Shown here in pieces: positions 47,101-56,455 of a stretch of 64,000 nucleotides of DNA. Made by a program: the position numbers and the translations under genes. The stretch lies in IMG/VR virus record IMGVR_UViG_3300042397_003635. One strand, 5' to 3'. The DNA is from a virus. Lineage: Duplodnaviria > Caudoviricetes. The stretch's first letter is position 1, and each line of letters begins with the position of its first letter. Below the pieces are notes generated by a model that saw nothing but the letters and a program-made list of their open reading frames with translations, did no database searches and had not been told where the DNA came from.

Positions 47101-49531
47101 TCGTAGTATTATCATAGGATTCTGTCCATAAAGCAGCCGTTGTGTAATTACCATCGATCTGAGCCTTTTGCGCATATAGGCCTCCTGTAAATATAGATGC
47201 TGTGTTTGTTGTTGCACCGCGACCAGTTACACTTGCAAGTGTATCAGATTCCGCTGTTAAGTATACGTTTGAATCTAGCGTCCACGTATTTGTTCCTGTT
47301 CTTTTTAAGAAACCCGTTGCAGTCAATCCAGCGATTGCAGTTAGGTCTCCGTCTAGTGGTTGATACGTAGTAGAGGCAGTTCCAGTAGTCAAATAGGTAT
47401 TTGAATCAACTGAACCGTCTGCTTTTAAAAATTGACTTGATGTTCCTCCAACCTTAATAAAAGATCGGCCTGTAATATCGTTTGCTGCAAGATCGGCAAG
47501 CGCAAATGAAGCATGCGAAGTATCAATAAATGGAGAAGCATCTGGTTCTGGAGTATATCCTTTAAAGAATTTCCAAGTATTATCGGTTGCATCTCTAAAT
47601 AATCCGGCATGTGCATAAGAACCGTCATTGTAACCAGCGGCAAATCCTAAATCTGGATTAGCATTTGATTTTGCTCTTGCAGTACCACCTGAACTATAAG
47701 ATCCAGTTGCGCTATTTGCAATTGTAAATGAGTTTGTTGAAACTCCAGTAATTGTTTGATTTGATAAGTTATATGCAGTTGGACTTACACCAGTAATAGT
47801 AACTGACATTCCAATAATATAGTTATGGGTCTCTTGCGTTGTATAAACCACGCTTGAACCATTTCCTACTGCGTTTGTAATTGTAGTGGCAATTCCATTG
47901 TTCAGATAAATCATGTTATCTGATACTGCTAGGTTTTGCGCATAAACTGTAGTCGTAGTACCTCCAATTATTAAGTTTCCTACTACATTAAGATCTCCAC
48001 CAACATATAGATTCTTTGCAATACCAACACCACCTGCTGTAACGATTGTTCCAGTTGTAGTTGAAGTTGCTTGAGTTGTACCCGAAAAAGTTTTAATTCC
48101 TGCAATAGATTCGTTACCTGTGGTATGGACAACATTTGCATCATTGGCTGGTGTAAATCCTAACCAACCTGCAATTGTTTTATTAACCCATAAGGTTCCA
48201 TCGTATCCTAAAATATGTCCATTAACTGGAACAGTTGTAATTAGGTCAACATCATGAATTTCCTTTAGTTCAAATCCATTTTGAACTTTAACAAAGATCT
48301 CACCAGTATTTGCATTTTTTCTGGTAACAATACCAATAAAAACAAGGTGTCTAGGCGCATATGGCTTATTGGGTAAACCATAAATTAAGTTTCCATTATC
48401 ACCTAACCAAACTGGATCACCTTCAGTTCCAGCTAGAGACGTATCTAATCCGGCTAAAAGACCCTCTGTTACAACATTGGCCATTCCATTGATTGCAACG
48501 GTTGCATCTAAGAGACCCATTGTTTTTGATGAAGTTGCTTCACTTCCATTTGATGCAAGACTCACAATCATATTGGTTCCATCTGCACTGGTTACATAAA
48601 CAGCTTGGCCTTTATTAATTGCGACTGCGGCTTTTACACCATGCTGAACTCTTGATACATAGCTAACCGTATCAATTGTCCAAGCTCTATTTGCGCTTAG
48701 ATCATATGAAGTTCCATTAATAGAAAGGGTTCTAGAAGTTGGTACATAGTTTGGAGTCCAATTAACCCATTGAGATCCATTAAATTGTAATAGTTGACCG
48801 GTTGCCTCTAATGAAATTGTAACATCAGTTAGGCTATCTAAATTAGTAGGAATTGAAATATTTGTTGCAGATACTGCAGTAATCAAACCTTTGCCATTAA
48901 CTGTAATCACAGGAACTGCGGTTGCTGAACCAAATGTTCCAACATTTGAGTTAACTGTTGCTAAGGCTAGGCCAATATTTCCGTTTGAAGTTAAAGGAGA
49001 GTTTGCAATTACAAAATCAGAACCAGTAATTCCAACTGAAGTTAAGGGTGGAGTTACTGTATTGTAACCAATCGTCCACCAATAAGTTGTACCATCATAA
49101 TAAACACCTAGAACATCTGTCGCATTTGCAGCAGAGCTTGCTGTATAAGAACCTCCACCAACAATTGAGCTTGATCCCGGAAGAGTAAGGGTGCGACCTC
49201 CAGCTGCATCTTGTTTAACTAAAATTAAACCAGTATCGCCAGCTTCCATATTGGCAATAACTAGAGTTCTTGCTCCAGCAATGGTTACCTTTGCATTAGC
49301 ACCAGAATTAAAGTCCCAAGTAATAGCAGCGCCATCAGTTAGGGTCTGTTGAGCCATCGTAACTTTACCATTAACCTTAAGATTTCCACCAATTGTAAAT
49401 TTTTTGGCAGACTGTAGGGTTAGGGTAAGATTACCGGCATTATCATGTTGTAGGACTGGCTTATTAGCAACGTTATCGCCAATAAATTCTAGTAAGCCTG
49501 TTGCTGGGGTTATCTTGACCGTTTGCGCCAC
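44144..49531 (-). CDS. long tail fibre (1795 aa, GTG start) with C-terminal peptidase S74 chaperone
   Basis: SSIRYK.NV..L..ALDKV.QLRPV.Y...GLIAEEV..IYPE...GINY.RI.P.LIK.IQE; internal 25-aa repeats; ATAAATA at 49554-49560. Confidence 0.9.
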   Translation of the reverse strand: MAQTVKITPATGLLEFIGDNVANKPVLQHDNAGNLTLTLQSAKKFTIGGNLKVNGKVTMAQQTLTDGAAITWDFNSGANAKVTIAGARTLVIANMEAGDTGLILVKQDAAGGRTLTLPGSSSIVGGGSYTASSAANATDVLGVYYDGTTYWWTIGYNTVTPPLTSVGITGSDFVIANSPLTSNGNIGLALATVNSNVGTFGSATAVPVITVNGKGLITAVSATNISIPTNLDSLTDVTISLEATGQLLQFNGSQWVNWTPNYVPTSRTLSINGTSYDLSANRAWTIDTVSYVSRVQHGVKAAVAINKGQAVYVTSADGTNMIVSLASNGSEATSSKTMGLLDATVAINGMANVVTEGLLAGLDTSLAGTEGDPVWLGDNGNLIYGLPNKPYAPRHLVFIGIVTRKNANTGEIFVKVQNGFELKEIHDVDLITTVPVNGHILGYDGTLWVNKTIAGWLGFTPANDANVVHTTGNESIAGIKTFSGTTQATSTTTGTIVTAGGVGIAKNLYVGGDLNVVGNLIIGGTTTTVYAQNLAVSDNMIYLNNGIATTITNAVGNGSSVVYTTQETHNYIIGMSVTITGVSPTAYNLSNQTITGVSTNSFTIANSATGSYSSGGTARAKSNANPDLGFAAGYNDGSYAHAGLFRDATDNTWKFFKGYTPEPDASPFIDTSHASFALADLAANDITGRSFIKVGGTSSQFLKADGSVDSNTYLTTGTASTTYQPLDGDLTAIAGLTATGFLKRTGTNTWTLDSNVYLTAESDTLASVTGRGATTNTASIFTGGLYAQKAQIDGNYTTAALWTESYDNTTTGIAFHISGNVGKFLEMRPDGILYWDNSILWNTNNLTNLNQLTNGPGYITSASLSGYVPTSRTLTINGTTYDLSANRSWTITAGVSSVSAGTGISVNSTTGAVTVTNTGLLSATAGTGITVSTSNQNLTINTTALLSATAGTGITVSTSNQNLTINTTALLSATAGTGITVSTSNQNLTINNTGLLSAAAGTGITVSTSNQQVTINNTGLLSAAAGSGISVSTSNQQVTITNTITNNNQLTNGSNYITTNGRAYPRRADGTNINFYWTGQSGQPSWLWGSNNGEDFYVWNPSNFSVAYASEAKWISFDDGPRDLTDRRPNWNNRSVAWDFVTAGTADGVGNYAGVMTFSPWDGTSASTGDSSYQLAFINETGLNASGVPGLRLRNGIDSTWNDWYQVWHSGNFTNNSSNWNTAYSKRPTALAFSGTGTKTLTLTLGDSSTLTASFSDIDTDTNTDAQTLTLNGSTLSISGGNSITLPSGGISQGTADSLYVNVTGDSMSGNLYVYPSSNPAQIQLVGTNPELYVSASTGTSRVFINRQASGNQATLMFTTGMNVSQGVAWDYTGMPMWSMGMTNNNNTDSFKLGYGDIYEPTSVALEITTANVAYFRNVPYGGGSLLATQSWVTSQGYITGYTETDTLASVTGRGNSTSTTITSTNNANVDGANFTVNTTNKTVNEYAYKVSRSGSAVGGILIDGRGAFASGTTINGNTAWHAGNDGSGSGLDADLLDGYNSDTAANVNTIVRRDSSGNIYSNYVLGTYFNASQGNSENPTIGQIWTQNTSDNYLRKSTPAHFRSQVIDGYYLPLGGGTITGTVNFSNNNLEGVGHIIMADSGFGEGIQWEQWFICDAPDDNSNTAGNLQFVYVPDNGVRMTFDTGGTLTLSNRLIELSSIRYKTNVESLTPALDKVLQLRPVYYTKIGGTGSTEIGLIAEEVAEIYPELIKYDDAGQVDGINYTRIAPILIKTIQEQQELIKNLTKRIDDLENR
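46410..46855 (-). repeat. 75-bp (25-aa) tandem repeat, about 6 units
   Basis: LLSA(T/A)AG(T/S)GI(T/S)VSTSNQ(NL/QV)TIN(T/N)T x5 plus one degenerate unit. Confidence 0.9.
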
Positions 49532-49552
49532 GTATGTAATAGACTATTTGAA

Positions 49553-49981
49553 TTATTTATTCATGTCTATCTCAATTTGCAATGGTTTAACATCTTTACG
49601 TTCAGCCTGAACTAAATAAAAGAATTGTGGTTTATGAGAGCCTGCTACTTCAAAATAAGTATCAGTAATTGCCTTAATCCAAAGTGATTGAGATTTACCG
49701 AATGGTGTTATTGTAATTGTGATTGAATCCTTATTTGCAAGGCTCGTCCAGTATTCTGGAAAAAAGATGCGCTTTTCTTCACTCTTTCCTCTAATATAGA
49801 TTCCATGTTCAGGTCCCTCTAAGTTACCGTGAGCAAGCTTAAATCCTGGCTTAGTTGGATGATCGATTAAGAACTGCTTAGTTACAGCTGAAAAATTTCC
49901 ATTATGATTAATATCTCCGGAAGATTCATTGTACGTCATGTGCGCACTAATATTAACTTGCTTTAATTTAACTTGAGCCAT
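49553..49981 (-). CDS. stand-alone tail-fibre C-terminal/chaperone-like domain protein
   Basis: K.FLIDHP.KPG.KL.HG.LEGPE.GIY.RG...FPEYW..L...TIT.TP...F.Y.V.AERKD, a pattern normally seen at fibre C-termini. Confidence 0.6.
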   Translation of the reverse strand: MAQVKLKQVNISAHMTYNESSGDINHNGNFSAVTKQFLIDHPTKPGFKLAHGNLEGPEHGIYIRGKSEEKRIFFPEYWTSLANKDSITITITPFGKSQSLWIKAITDTYFEVAGSHKPQFFYLVQAERKDVKPLQIEIDMNK

Positions 49982-50040
49982 TTATAAGTTTGTATCTTTT
50001 CTATAGATATTTATACTCCTAGTTTGGACTTTGGATAATA

Positions 50041-50064
50041 AAAAAGCCTCCATAAAGGAGGCTC
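50041..50064 (-). terminator. intrinsic terminator followed by a TATAAATA late promoter (50008-50015)
   Basis: Minus strand AGCCTCC-TTTAT-GGAGGCT TTTT. Confidence 0.8.
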
Positions 50065-50089
50065 TTATTAAAAGTTATTAAGTAGAATA

Positions 50090-51535
50090 TTATTGAACTC
50101 TGTATGTAATTTCAATATCATCAGTTGTCTCAATTACATAAGGCAACCCGAGTATTCTTACTACATCCTGGTTTCCATTATATGGCCAAGACCAGTTTGT
50201 TGTTTTCTTAAGAGCTACTCCATTTACCGTTACTGAAAATACTTCGCATGCAGTATCATTTAACAAAATATCATGGACGCCAGGCGATGCTACAGAAATG
50301 CCTGTTATTTGATCAACTGCTAATTGATTATTGCTAACAGTTATAGTTAACGTATCAGTTGTACCAGCAGTCGAAGCTGATCTAGTTACGGTTAAACCTT
50401 CGCCAGATGCAAAATTAAGAGTATCTGTGTCTAAGTCAAAACTTACTGAAGCATTACCTTCAGCGCTTATGTTTAATTGACTAGCCGCACCAATTAAGGT
50501 TTTAAGATTTGCAAATGTAATCTTTTGATTAGCAGCTGCCGCTGAGCTAATTGCAATAAAGTCAGCGTCGGCAATCGTAGTAACTGTAGCTAATTCAGAA
50601 AGATCTAAATTAATAGTTAGGGTACTTCCAGAAATTGCAGTATCGATTCCATTGGATCCGCCTAAAACGTTTAAAGTATTACCTAAGGTAACTGCAGCTA
50701 GACCAGAATCAGCTTGGAAACTAGTTGTGCTTTTTTCAAGCATCGGAACGGTTACTCCACTTGCTTTAATGTATAATTGGTCTGATCCATTAATTCCAAT
50801 TGAAGAATCATCATAGTTTACGTTAAAAACTGTGCCGCTTCGGCTTAAACCGGTTCCGGCTTCAACAACACCCGCATAAGAAAATTGTGTAAATACTAAT
50901 TGAGTAGTAAATGCAAGTGAAGCTGGCACGTTTGGATCAAATAATTGAGTGATTGCTCCGTTTGGTGAAGTTAATACCCAACCAGTATCAGCAAAGATCG
51001 TACCTTGTTCAACAAAGGTAAACATACCTCCACTAACTTCTCCAGTATTTGGGGTAAGATTATCGGCGTCGATTGCTCTAATAAATTGAGTACCATTGAA
51101 TACCCAAATACCATTAATTTTTTGACGAGCACTAGATGGAGCAGATGCAATTAGAACTCGGTCCTCTGGCTGAAGCTCATAACCATCAAAGGCAGGCTGG
51201 TTCATTGGCTGACCGCCTTCAATAAACGTAACTAATGTGTTTATATCAAGTTGTGAGTTACCTCCGTCGTATGTATTAACTGGCTGTACGCCATTTATTG
51301 GAACATCTCGGAAAATTGCTTTAACTGAATTTTTAACATCTAGACCAGTTGCAACTGAATCTACATAGGCTTTACGAACAACATCGCTATCACCGATTGG
51401 ATCAGCATTGATTTGCATTCTAGCAGCCGAACCTAATGTAATCGTACCAGTACTTAGTGTAACTGCACCAGCGTCTGATAACTTGGTTAAACTTACCGAA
51501 GTATCTTGTATTTGTTTACCTTTAATTAGTGCCAT
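50090..51535 (-). CDS. virion fibre/whisker-like structural protein (481 aa)
   Basis: KAYVDSVATGLDVK.SV, NGIWV, GGMFTFVEQGT...GWV, EAGTGL motifs common in phage fibres. Confidence 0.7.
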   Translation of the reverse strand: MALIKGKQIQDTSVSLTKLSDAGAVTLSTGTITLGSAARMQINADPIGDSDVVRKAYVDSVATGLDVKNSVKAIFRDVPINGVQPVNTYDGGNSQLDINTLVTFIEGGQPMNQPAFDGYELQPEDRVLIASAPSSARQKINGIWVFNGTQFIRAIDADNLTPNTGEVSGGMFTFVEQGTIFADTGWVLTSPNGAITQLFDPNVPASLAFTTQLVFTQFSYAGVVEAGTGLSRSGTVFNVNYDDSSIGINGSDQLYIKASGVTVPMLEKSTTSFQADSGLAAVTLGNTLNVLGGSNGIDTAISGSTLTINLDLSELATVTTIADADFIAISSAAAANQKITFANLKTLIGAASQLNISAEGNASVSFDLDTDTLNFASGEGLTVTRSASTAGTTDTLTITVSNNQLAVDQITGISVASPGVHDILLNDTACEVFSVTVNGVALKKTTNWSWPYNGNQDVVRILGLPYVIETTDDIEITYRVQ

Positions 51536-51575
51536 TATTTATGGAGTCTTTTTATTTAAGTTATTTATTTGTTGA

Positions 51576-52853
51576 TTAAGGATTAAATGTGAATGCCCAT
51601 TCTACTGGTAAAGCCAACGTACCTGTTCCAGAAACATAGCTTACACCAAACTGAATTAAATCTTGCCCAAGTGCCTGAACTGATGTAATTGTCCAAGTTC
51701 CATAATTAGCAGACGGAGCAGTTGTGTCAAATCCAGAAATAGTCGATCCAATTTGTCTACCACTTAAATATGTCATAATATTACCGGTAGATACTCCATT
51801 TGAATCTTTGGCCGTAGCATTAAAATAGAATCCAGTTAAGGTATTGGGTGAACCACTTCCAGTTGGAGAATATGTATATAGCGTGGTAAAAGGATCGCCA
51901 TTTGTCCAATAGTATGTACCAATTGGCGAAGCCAAAGTAACTGTACCTCCGCTAAAATATTCAAGAAGAATAAGATCGGTTGTTTCTAGTCCGTGCTCTA
52001 AATAGGCTGGACGAACATAAAGAGAATCTCCTGCTTGTACCTGAGCTAATAATAATTGATTACCTCCGCCGGTTCTGCTAAAGAAGAAAGGCGATGTATT
52101 GGAATCAGTTAGGAGTCGTCTTACTCCGTTTACGCTAATACAAACAGTTGAGTCTACGTGAATCGCTTTAGTAATTGGTGTATTTGCTGCAAGAGAATAG
52201 CTTCCAGTATTTGAAGTGTAGGCAACTTGATTAGCATTTCCCTGTTCAGCGCTTGGCGTAATTGGCGCAACTAGACTTGGAATAACTCGGATATGACCTT
52301 TCATCAAGGTTTGATTTGCAGTACATACGTAAAATAAATCATCTGGAGCATCAAATGGAACTGTCCATAAGATATAACCACCGGTATTTTGAGTGTTTGA
52401 TCCAGTACCGCTAGTTGGCATTCCGACTGAATACGCTGTGCCGTTTGCACTTCGGATTTGAAGAGTATGACCTACACTTGAGGCAACTTTAAATTTGTAA
52501 ATATTTCCTCTAAAAACATAGATTGTAGGATTGGCATTATTACCACTATTAAAATCAGATGCCTCATTTACTAACCATGAAGTATTTTGAGGATGCGCAA
52601 CAAATGTTAGGAGGTTTGCATTAGTTGGTGAAAATTCAATAAGATCTGCATCTAGAACTCCATCTTTAAACCAATACATTTTATTATCGTCATTATCGAC
52701 GATTCTAACCATCATTGTAGGAAATCTAATGGCTTGTGGAATATTAGATAACGCTTCAGTTGTAGTTGAATATGGACCAGAATAACCATCTACTGGAACT
52801 GGATTAACTGGTGTAATACCATAAGGTAATTGAAGTCCTGGTGTAAAACTCAT
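51576..52853 (-). CDS. virion structural protein with a cupredoxin-like module
   Basis: NPTIYVFRG..YKF...GH.LQI...WTVP.DAPD.LFYVC...MKG.I.V. Confidence 0.55.
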   Translation of the reverse strand: MSFTPGLQLPYGITPVNPVPVDGYSGPYSTTTEALSNIPQAIRFPTMMVRIVDNDDNKMYWFKDGVLDADLIEFSPTNANLLTFVAHPQNTSWLVNEASDFNSGNNANPTIYVFRGNIYKFKVASSVGHTLQIRSANGTAYSVGMPTSGTGSNTQNTGGYILWTVPFDAPDDLFYVCTANQTLMKGHIRVIPSLVAPITPSAEQGNANQVAYTSNTGSYSLAANTPITKAIHVDSTVCISVNGVRRLLTDSNTSPFFFSRTGGGNQLLLAQVQAGDSLYVRPAYLEHGLETTDLILLEYFSGGTVTLASPIGTYYWTNGDPFTTLYTYSPTGSGSPNTLTGFYFNATAKDSNGVSTGNIMTYLSGRQIGSTISGFDTTAPSANYGTWTITSVQALGQDLIQFGVSYVSGTGTLALPVEWAFTFNP

Positions 52854-52855
52854 GG

Positions 52856-55087
52856 TTATGCGATAGTTATTTGGTGACGGTGATCAGCACTATAAGGAAT
52901 AGCATTGGTCAACGTGTATATTTTATATGCAACTGGAGCTCCTCCACCATCATTAACATTAAATGTTGAAAGTACATAGTTTGCTGTGATATTTGCGTTT
53001 AGTGCATCTAAGTCTAATACTTGAGTTAGAGACATTGTTGCCGGCACTGCCACGGTAAATATAGTTTGAGCAGCTCCAGTATTTAGGATAAAGGTATTTC
53101 CAGCATCGGTAAATCTCTTATTGGCTAGTGCTCTAACTCCAGCTGAATTTGTTGGTGCGCTTGCACTAGGTCCATAGAATACCACGTATTTGTAAGTTAT
53201 GTTATATGACGCAGTTGCAGTTGTATAAGAATCTGTAACTGAAACTCGATAGGTTGCACTGGTGGCAGACGAAGTAATTGAAGTATCTGTAAAATTCGTA
53301 AAGCTTCCTCCAGCATCAGCTAAGGTTCCAGCAGTTCCGATATTTGTATAGGCTCCACCATTAAATGAAACCGCATATTGATAACCGCTAATTGGGACAT
53401 TAACTCTATTTCTAGAAGTTGATCCTTGTAAAACCGATGACGTATTTCCGCGTTCTCTAACTTGATTGCTTTCAATATTAAGAGCTAGCGTTGAGGCTGG
53501 CGCGCTAAATGAAATACTTGGAGATTGATATGATTGTGGTGTAATTGTCCAAGTTGCAGTCGCAGTTGCGCTAGCACTATCAGTTACAATATATTGATAA
53601 TTGAATGGTTGCGTATTAAATGCAGTATCAGTTAGGGAGTGGGTATAGGTTGAAGCATTAACATCTGACATTAAAGTTGTCCAAGCGCCTGAGCCATTAC
53701 GCCTCCACTGTAAAACTGCAGTTGCCACATTTGCACCAAGCGTATTAATTGTTTTGGAAAAATTTAGGACATTTACAATTGGGAGTTGATTAAATAAGAT
53801 ACTTGTAGGGGAACTTAGAGACACCGTAGGCGCAATAGGTTCTTGTGAAATAAGGTTAAACACCTCTTCAGCAGTTTTACCCGCAGCGGGAATCGTTTCG
53901 CCACTATTATATCGACCTACCGATTTACCAAATGGTAAACTTACAACAATATCTGCATCAAATGTAGGAGGAGCGATTGGTCTTATAAAAACTGTTACCT
54001 TATCACTAGATGGATCGGCTACTGCTAAAATTGATGAACTTAGGTTAGATGGACCCTCTTTAAAATCGAGTTGTTCCATTTTAGTTAAGTTTGTAGCAGG
54101 ATCAGTTGATGCAATATCGGTTCCATCATTACTTACAGTAAATGCAGAAACTGAATTAAGCGCTTCGGAATCAATTGAGATTGAAATCTGTTTGGTCGCT
54201 GGATTAAAATTAATATTAACTCCATCTTCTCCAGCAATTCTAACCGTATCATTAATTGAGGCAGCTTCAAATTGGATAGATCCGCTTGCACTTGCAATTT
54301 TAGAAAATCCTGGAGTTTGAACTGGCGAATTAATTGTTACCTTATTGGTTGCGTTATTAAATGAAACTGTAGTATCTCCAGTACCTTCAATTCTAAAAAT
54401 ACTTTCTGGACCGGCTGCTGTTAGTTGAACGTTACCTAGAGCATTTGCAATTTGACTAAATGAATTAGTATTAGCATTTGCTGAACTAATTATGACTCTC
54501 TTATTTACTGAGTCTAAAGTTACGGTAGTACCGCCCTGTCCTTCAAATCCTAAAGTATCAGTTGCATTACTTGCTCCAAATATTACGGTACCTTGCGCAT
54601 TGGCAATTCCAGTAAATGCTGTTCCAACTGGACCAGATGCAGCTTGACCGCTGGAGAGCTTAACCCAACCGTTATCTTCAGTATAACCATAGAAACCTTC
54701 TCCGGCTGGAGCCGTATCGTTTGCATAAATTACATCTCCAATAATACCAGCCGCTGCAAGCTTTCCAGTATTATCTTGAAGTCTAAGTAAAGGTGTTTGA
54801 AATAGATTAGCAAGGGCAGATTGGGTTGTTAAAACGCCATCTGCATCAACCTGCATTTTAATTGAACCATTCTGAACAACTCGTATCGTTGAACTTGCAA
54901 CAATTGAAGTTGCATTGATTTGATTTACCGAAATATTATTATTGGTTTCGTCAAATGAAATCGCCGATAAAAATGCCTGGATGGCTGCCTGTAAATTATC
55001 AAAATTCTGGTTAGACGTCGATATACTCGAGCTTAAGCTTGAATCAGATAAATCCGTAATGTTTGTTAAGTTAGAATAGACTCCCAT
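52856..55087 (-). CDS. virion structural protein (743 aa) with repeated linker units and Ig-like domains
   Basis: Repeated FxxIAxAxGxVxFxA...xxxGxGxTxVxF units; ATAAATA at 55109-55115. Confidence 0.6.
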   Translation of the reverse strand: MGVYSNLTNITDLSDSSLSSSISTSNQNFDNLQAAIQAFLSAISFDETNNNISVNQINATSIVASSTIRVVQNGSIKMQVDADGVLTTQSALANLFQTPLLRLQDNTGKLAAAGIIGDVIYANDTAPAGEGFYGYTEDNGWVKLSSGQAASGPVGTAFTGIANAQGTVIFGASNATDTLGFEGQGGTTVTLDSVNKRVIISSANANTNSFSQIANALGNVQLTAAGPESIFRIEGTGDTTVSFNNATNKVTINSPVQTPGFSKIASASGSIQFEAASINDTVRIAGEDGVNINFNPATKQISISIDSEALNSVSAFTVSNDGTDIASTDPATNLTKMEQLDFKEGPSNLSSSILAVADPSSDKVTVFIRPIAPPTFDADIVVSLPFGKSVGRYNSGETIPAAGKTAEEVFNLISQEPIAPTVSLSSPTSILFNQLPIVNVLNFSKTINTLGANVATAVLQWRRNGSGAWTTLMSDVNASTYTHSLTDTAFNTQPFNYQYIVTDSASATATATWTITPQSYQSPSISFSAPASTLALNIESNQVRERGNTSSVLQGSTSRNRVNVPISGYQYAVSFNGGAYTNIGTAGTLADAGGSFTNFTDTSITSSATSATYRVSVTDSYTTATASYNITYKYVVFYGPSASAPTNSAGVRALANKRFTDAGNTFILNTGAAQTIFTVAVPATMSLTQVLDLDALNANITANYVLSTFNVNDGGGAPVAYKIYTLTNAIPYSADHRHQITIA

Positions 55088-55134
55088 CTATGCCCAGTTT
55101 GTTTTTGTTATTTATTAACCAGAACTGGCTTTGC

Positions 55135-56445
55135 TTAAAGAGCAATCTCAGTCTTAGAATCTTTAGTTGCATGGTATGCAAGAGGCGACCCTACGACTAG
55201 ACATTCAGTTAAATTTGCAGAAACTTGCATGTCTGGCCGACCCTTAATTGTTGATTGTTGAATCGTATTAACTCCAGATTGATTAAAATTACAATTGGAA
55301 AGATTTGAATATCTAATATCATTTTTATCAAAAATTGTACACTCTAATAATCTAGAGCTTCTAACTTTACAGTTAAGAATTGTACATTCAGAAAGTTCGG
55401 CTTGAATAGACGAATTAATAAAAACAATATTTGAAAGATTAAATCCATTTTTAATTCGACCCTCTAAAACTTCAATTTGATTAGTTTCAGAATTATAGTT
55501 GACATTTCCTCTAACAAGACCGCCGTATGTTACCAAATCAAAAAGTTTTTCTCTAACAAGATTAAATTTAGCTGATAAAATTTCTGGTCTAGGATCTAAA
55601 TCCATTGTTAATTTTATCAGTGGATATTTAGTTTCAAATGTAGAATAGCTTTTTAGTCCGCTTAGGTGGGTCTTTTGTTCAGTTAAAATTTCTTTAATTT
55701 TTGCACGATCTGTATCTGAATAAACTGAATTTGATTTTAGTGTTGAAAATAAAGATTCTATTACTAGATTTAAAAGTTCAACTGCTTGAGTTGATCTCTT
55801 TTCATAGTCCTTTCCGCCAATATACTTAACTGTTACAAAACCTTCGCTTATTCGGTCAAAGTTAACACCAAATTGTTTTGATCTTGGAAAGCTAAATTCC
55901 ATTTGTGAAGAGTAACTTCCAGCAGGAACGGTTGCTTCAGCAATAAATTTATTTTTTGGGTATATTAGATTTATAGAATGCTTGAAAATTTTACTAGAGC
56001 GAATTTCTTGGGGCCACAACTCAAATGCCTTGGCTTCATTAAAGTTAAGTAAAAATTTAAATTTATTTAGTTGAGGAATTCTTGCTCCCTCATTCATTTT
56101 TGAAAAGCCTAAATCAATCTTAACTTTACATAATTCATTAGTATAACCATTTTCTTCAATAAACTTAAATGATTTAAGTAAAGCATTAACCCCTTCATAG
56201 TAATAAACTGGGCCAATTGTCATGCGCTTCATTTTAAAACCATTATTATAGAGATTAGTTAACCTTGCTCCATTTTCTTTTACTGGTTGCCAAGCGTCCT
56301 TTGTTGCGCCAACTTCTACTTCTCTATGTAAAGAAGACTGGGCCTTTTCTGCAAGCTGTTGAATTGATTTATTTGAAAAGAAATCCACAGTAAGTACAAA
56401 CTGTGCAGATTCAACCTGTTCTCTATTTTTAATGTCTAAAATCAT
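55135..56445 (-). CDS. amidoligase-2-like protein, apparently catalytically degenerate, with C-terminal beta-helix repeats
   Basis: TIGPVYY.E....L...KFIEENGYTN, LNKFKFLL.FNE, GVNF, VKYIGG.DY pattern; hydrophobic-polar repeats at the C-terminus. Confidence 0.45.
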   Translation of the reverse strand: MILDIKNREQVESAQFVLTVDFFSNKSIQQLAEKAQSSLHREVEVGATKDAWQPVKENGARLTNLYNNGFKMKRMTIGPVYYYEGVNALLKSFKFIEENGYTNELCKVKIDLGFSKMNEGARIPQLNKFKFLLNFNEAKAFELWPQEIRSSKIFKHSINLIYPKNKFIAEATVPAGSYSSQMEFSFPRSKQFGVNFDRISEGFVTVKYIGGKDYEKRSTQAVELLNLVIESLFSTLKSNSVYSDTDRAKIKEILTEQKTHLSGLKSYSTFETKYPLIKLTMDLDPRPEILSAKFNLVREKLFDLVTYGGLVRGNVNYNSETNQIEVLEGRIKNGFNLSNIVFINSSIQAELSECTILNCKVRSSRLLECTIFDKNDIRYSNLSNCNFNQSGVNTIQQSTIKGRPDMQVSANLTECLVVGSPLAYHATKDSKTEIAL

Positions 56446-56455
56446 AAAATATTTA

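Noticed and set aside
38958-49531. Diversity-generating retroelement targeting the fibres
   Set aside because: No reverse transcriptase in the window; the duplication I compared base by base (39885-40034) differs mostly at synonymous positions, not adenine-specifically, and all repeat copies are in-frame coding.
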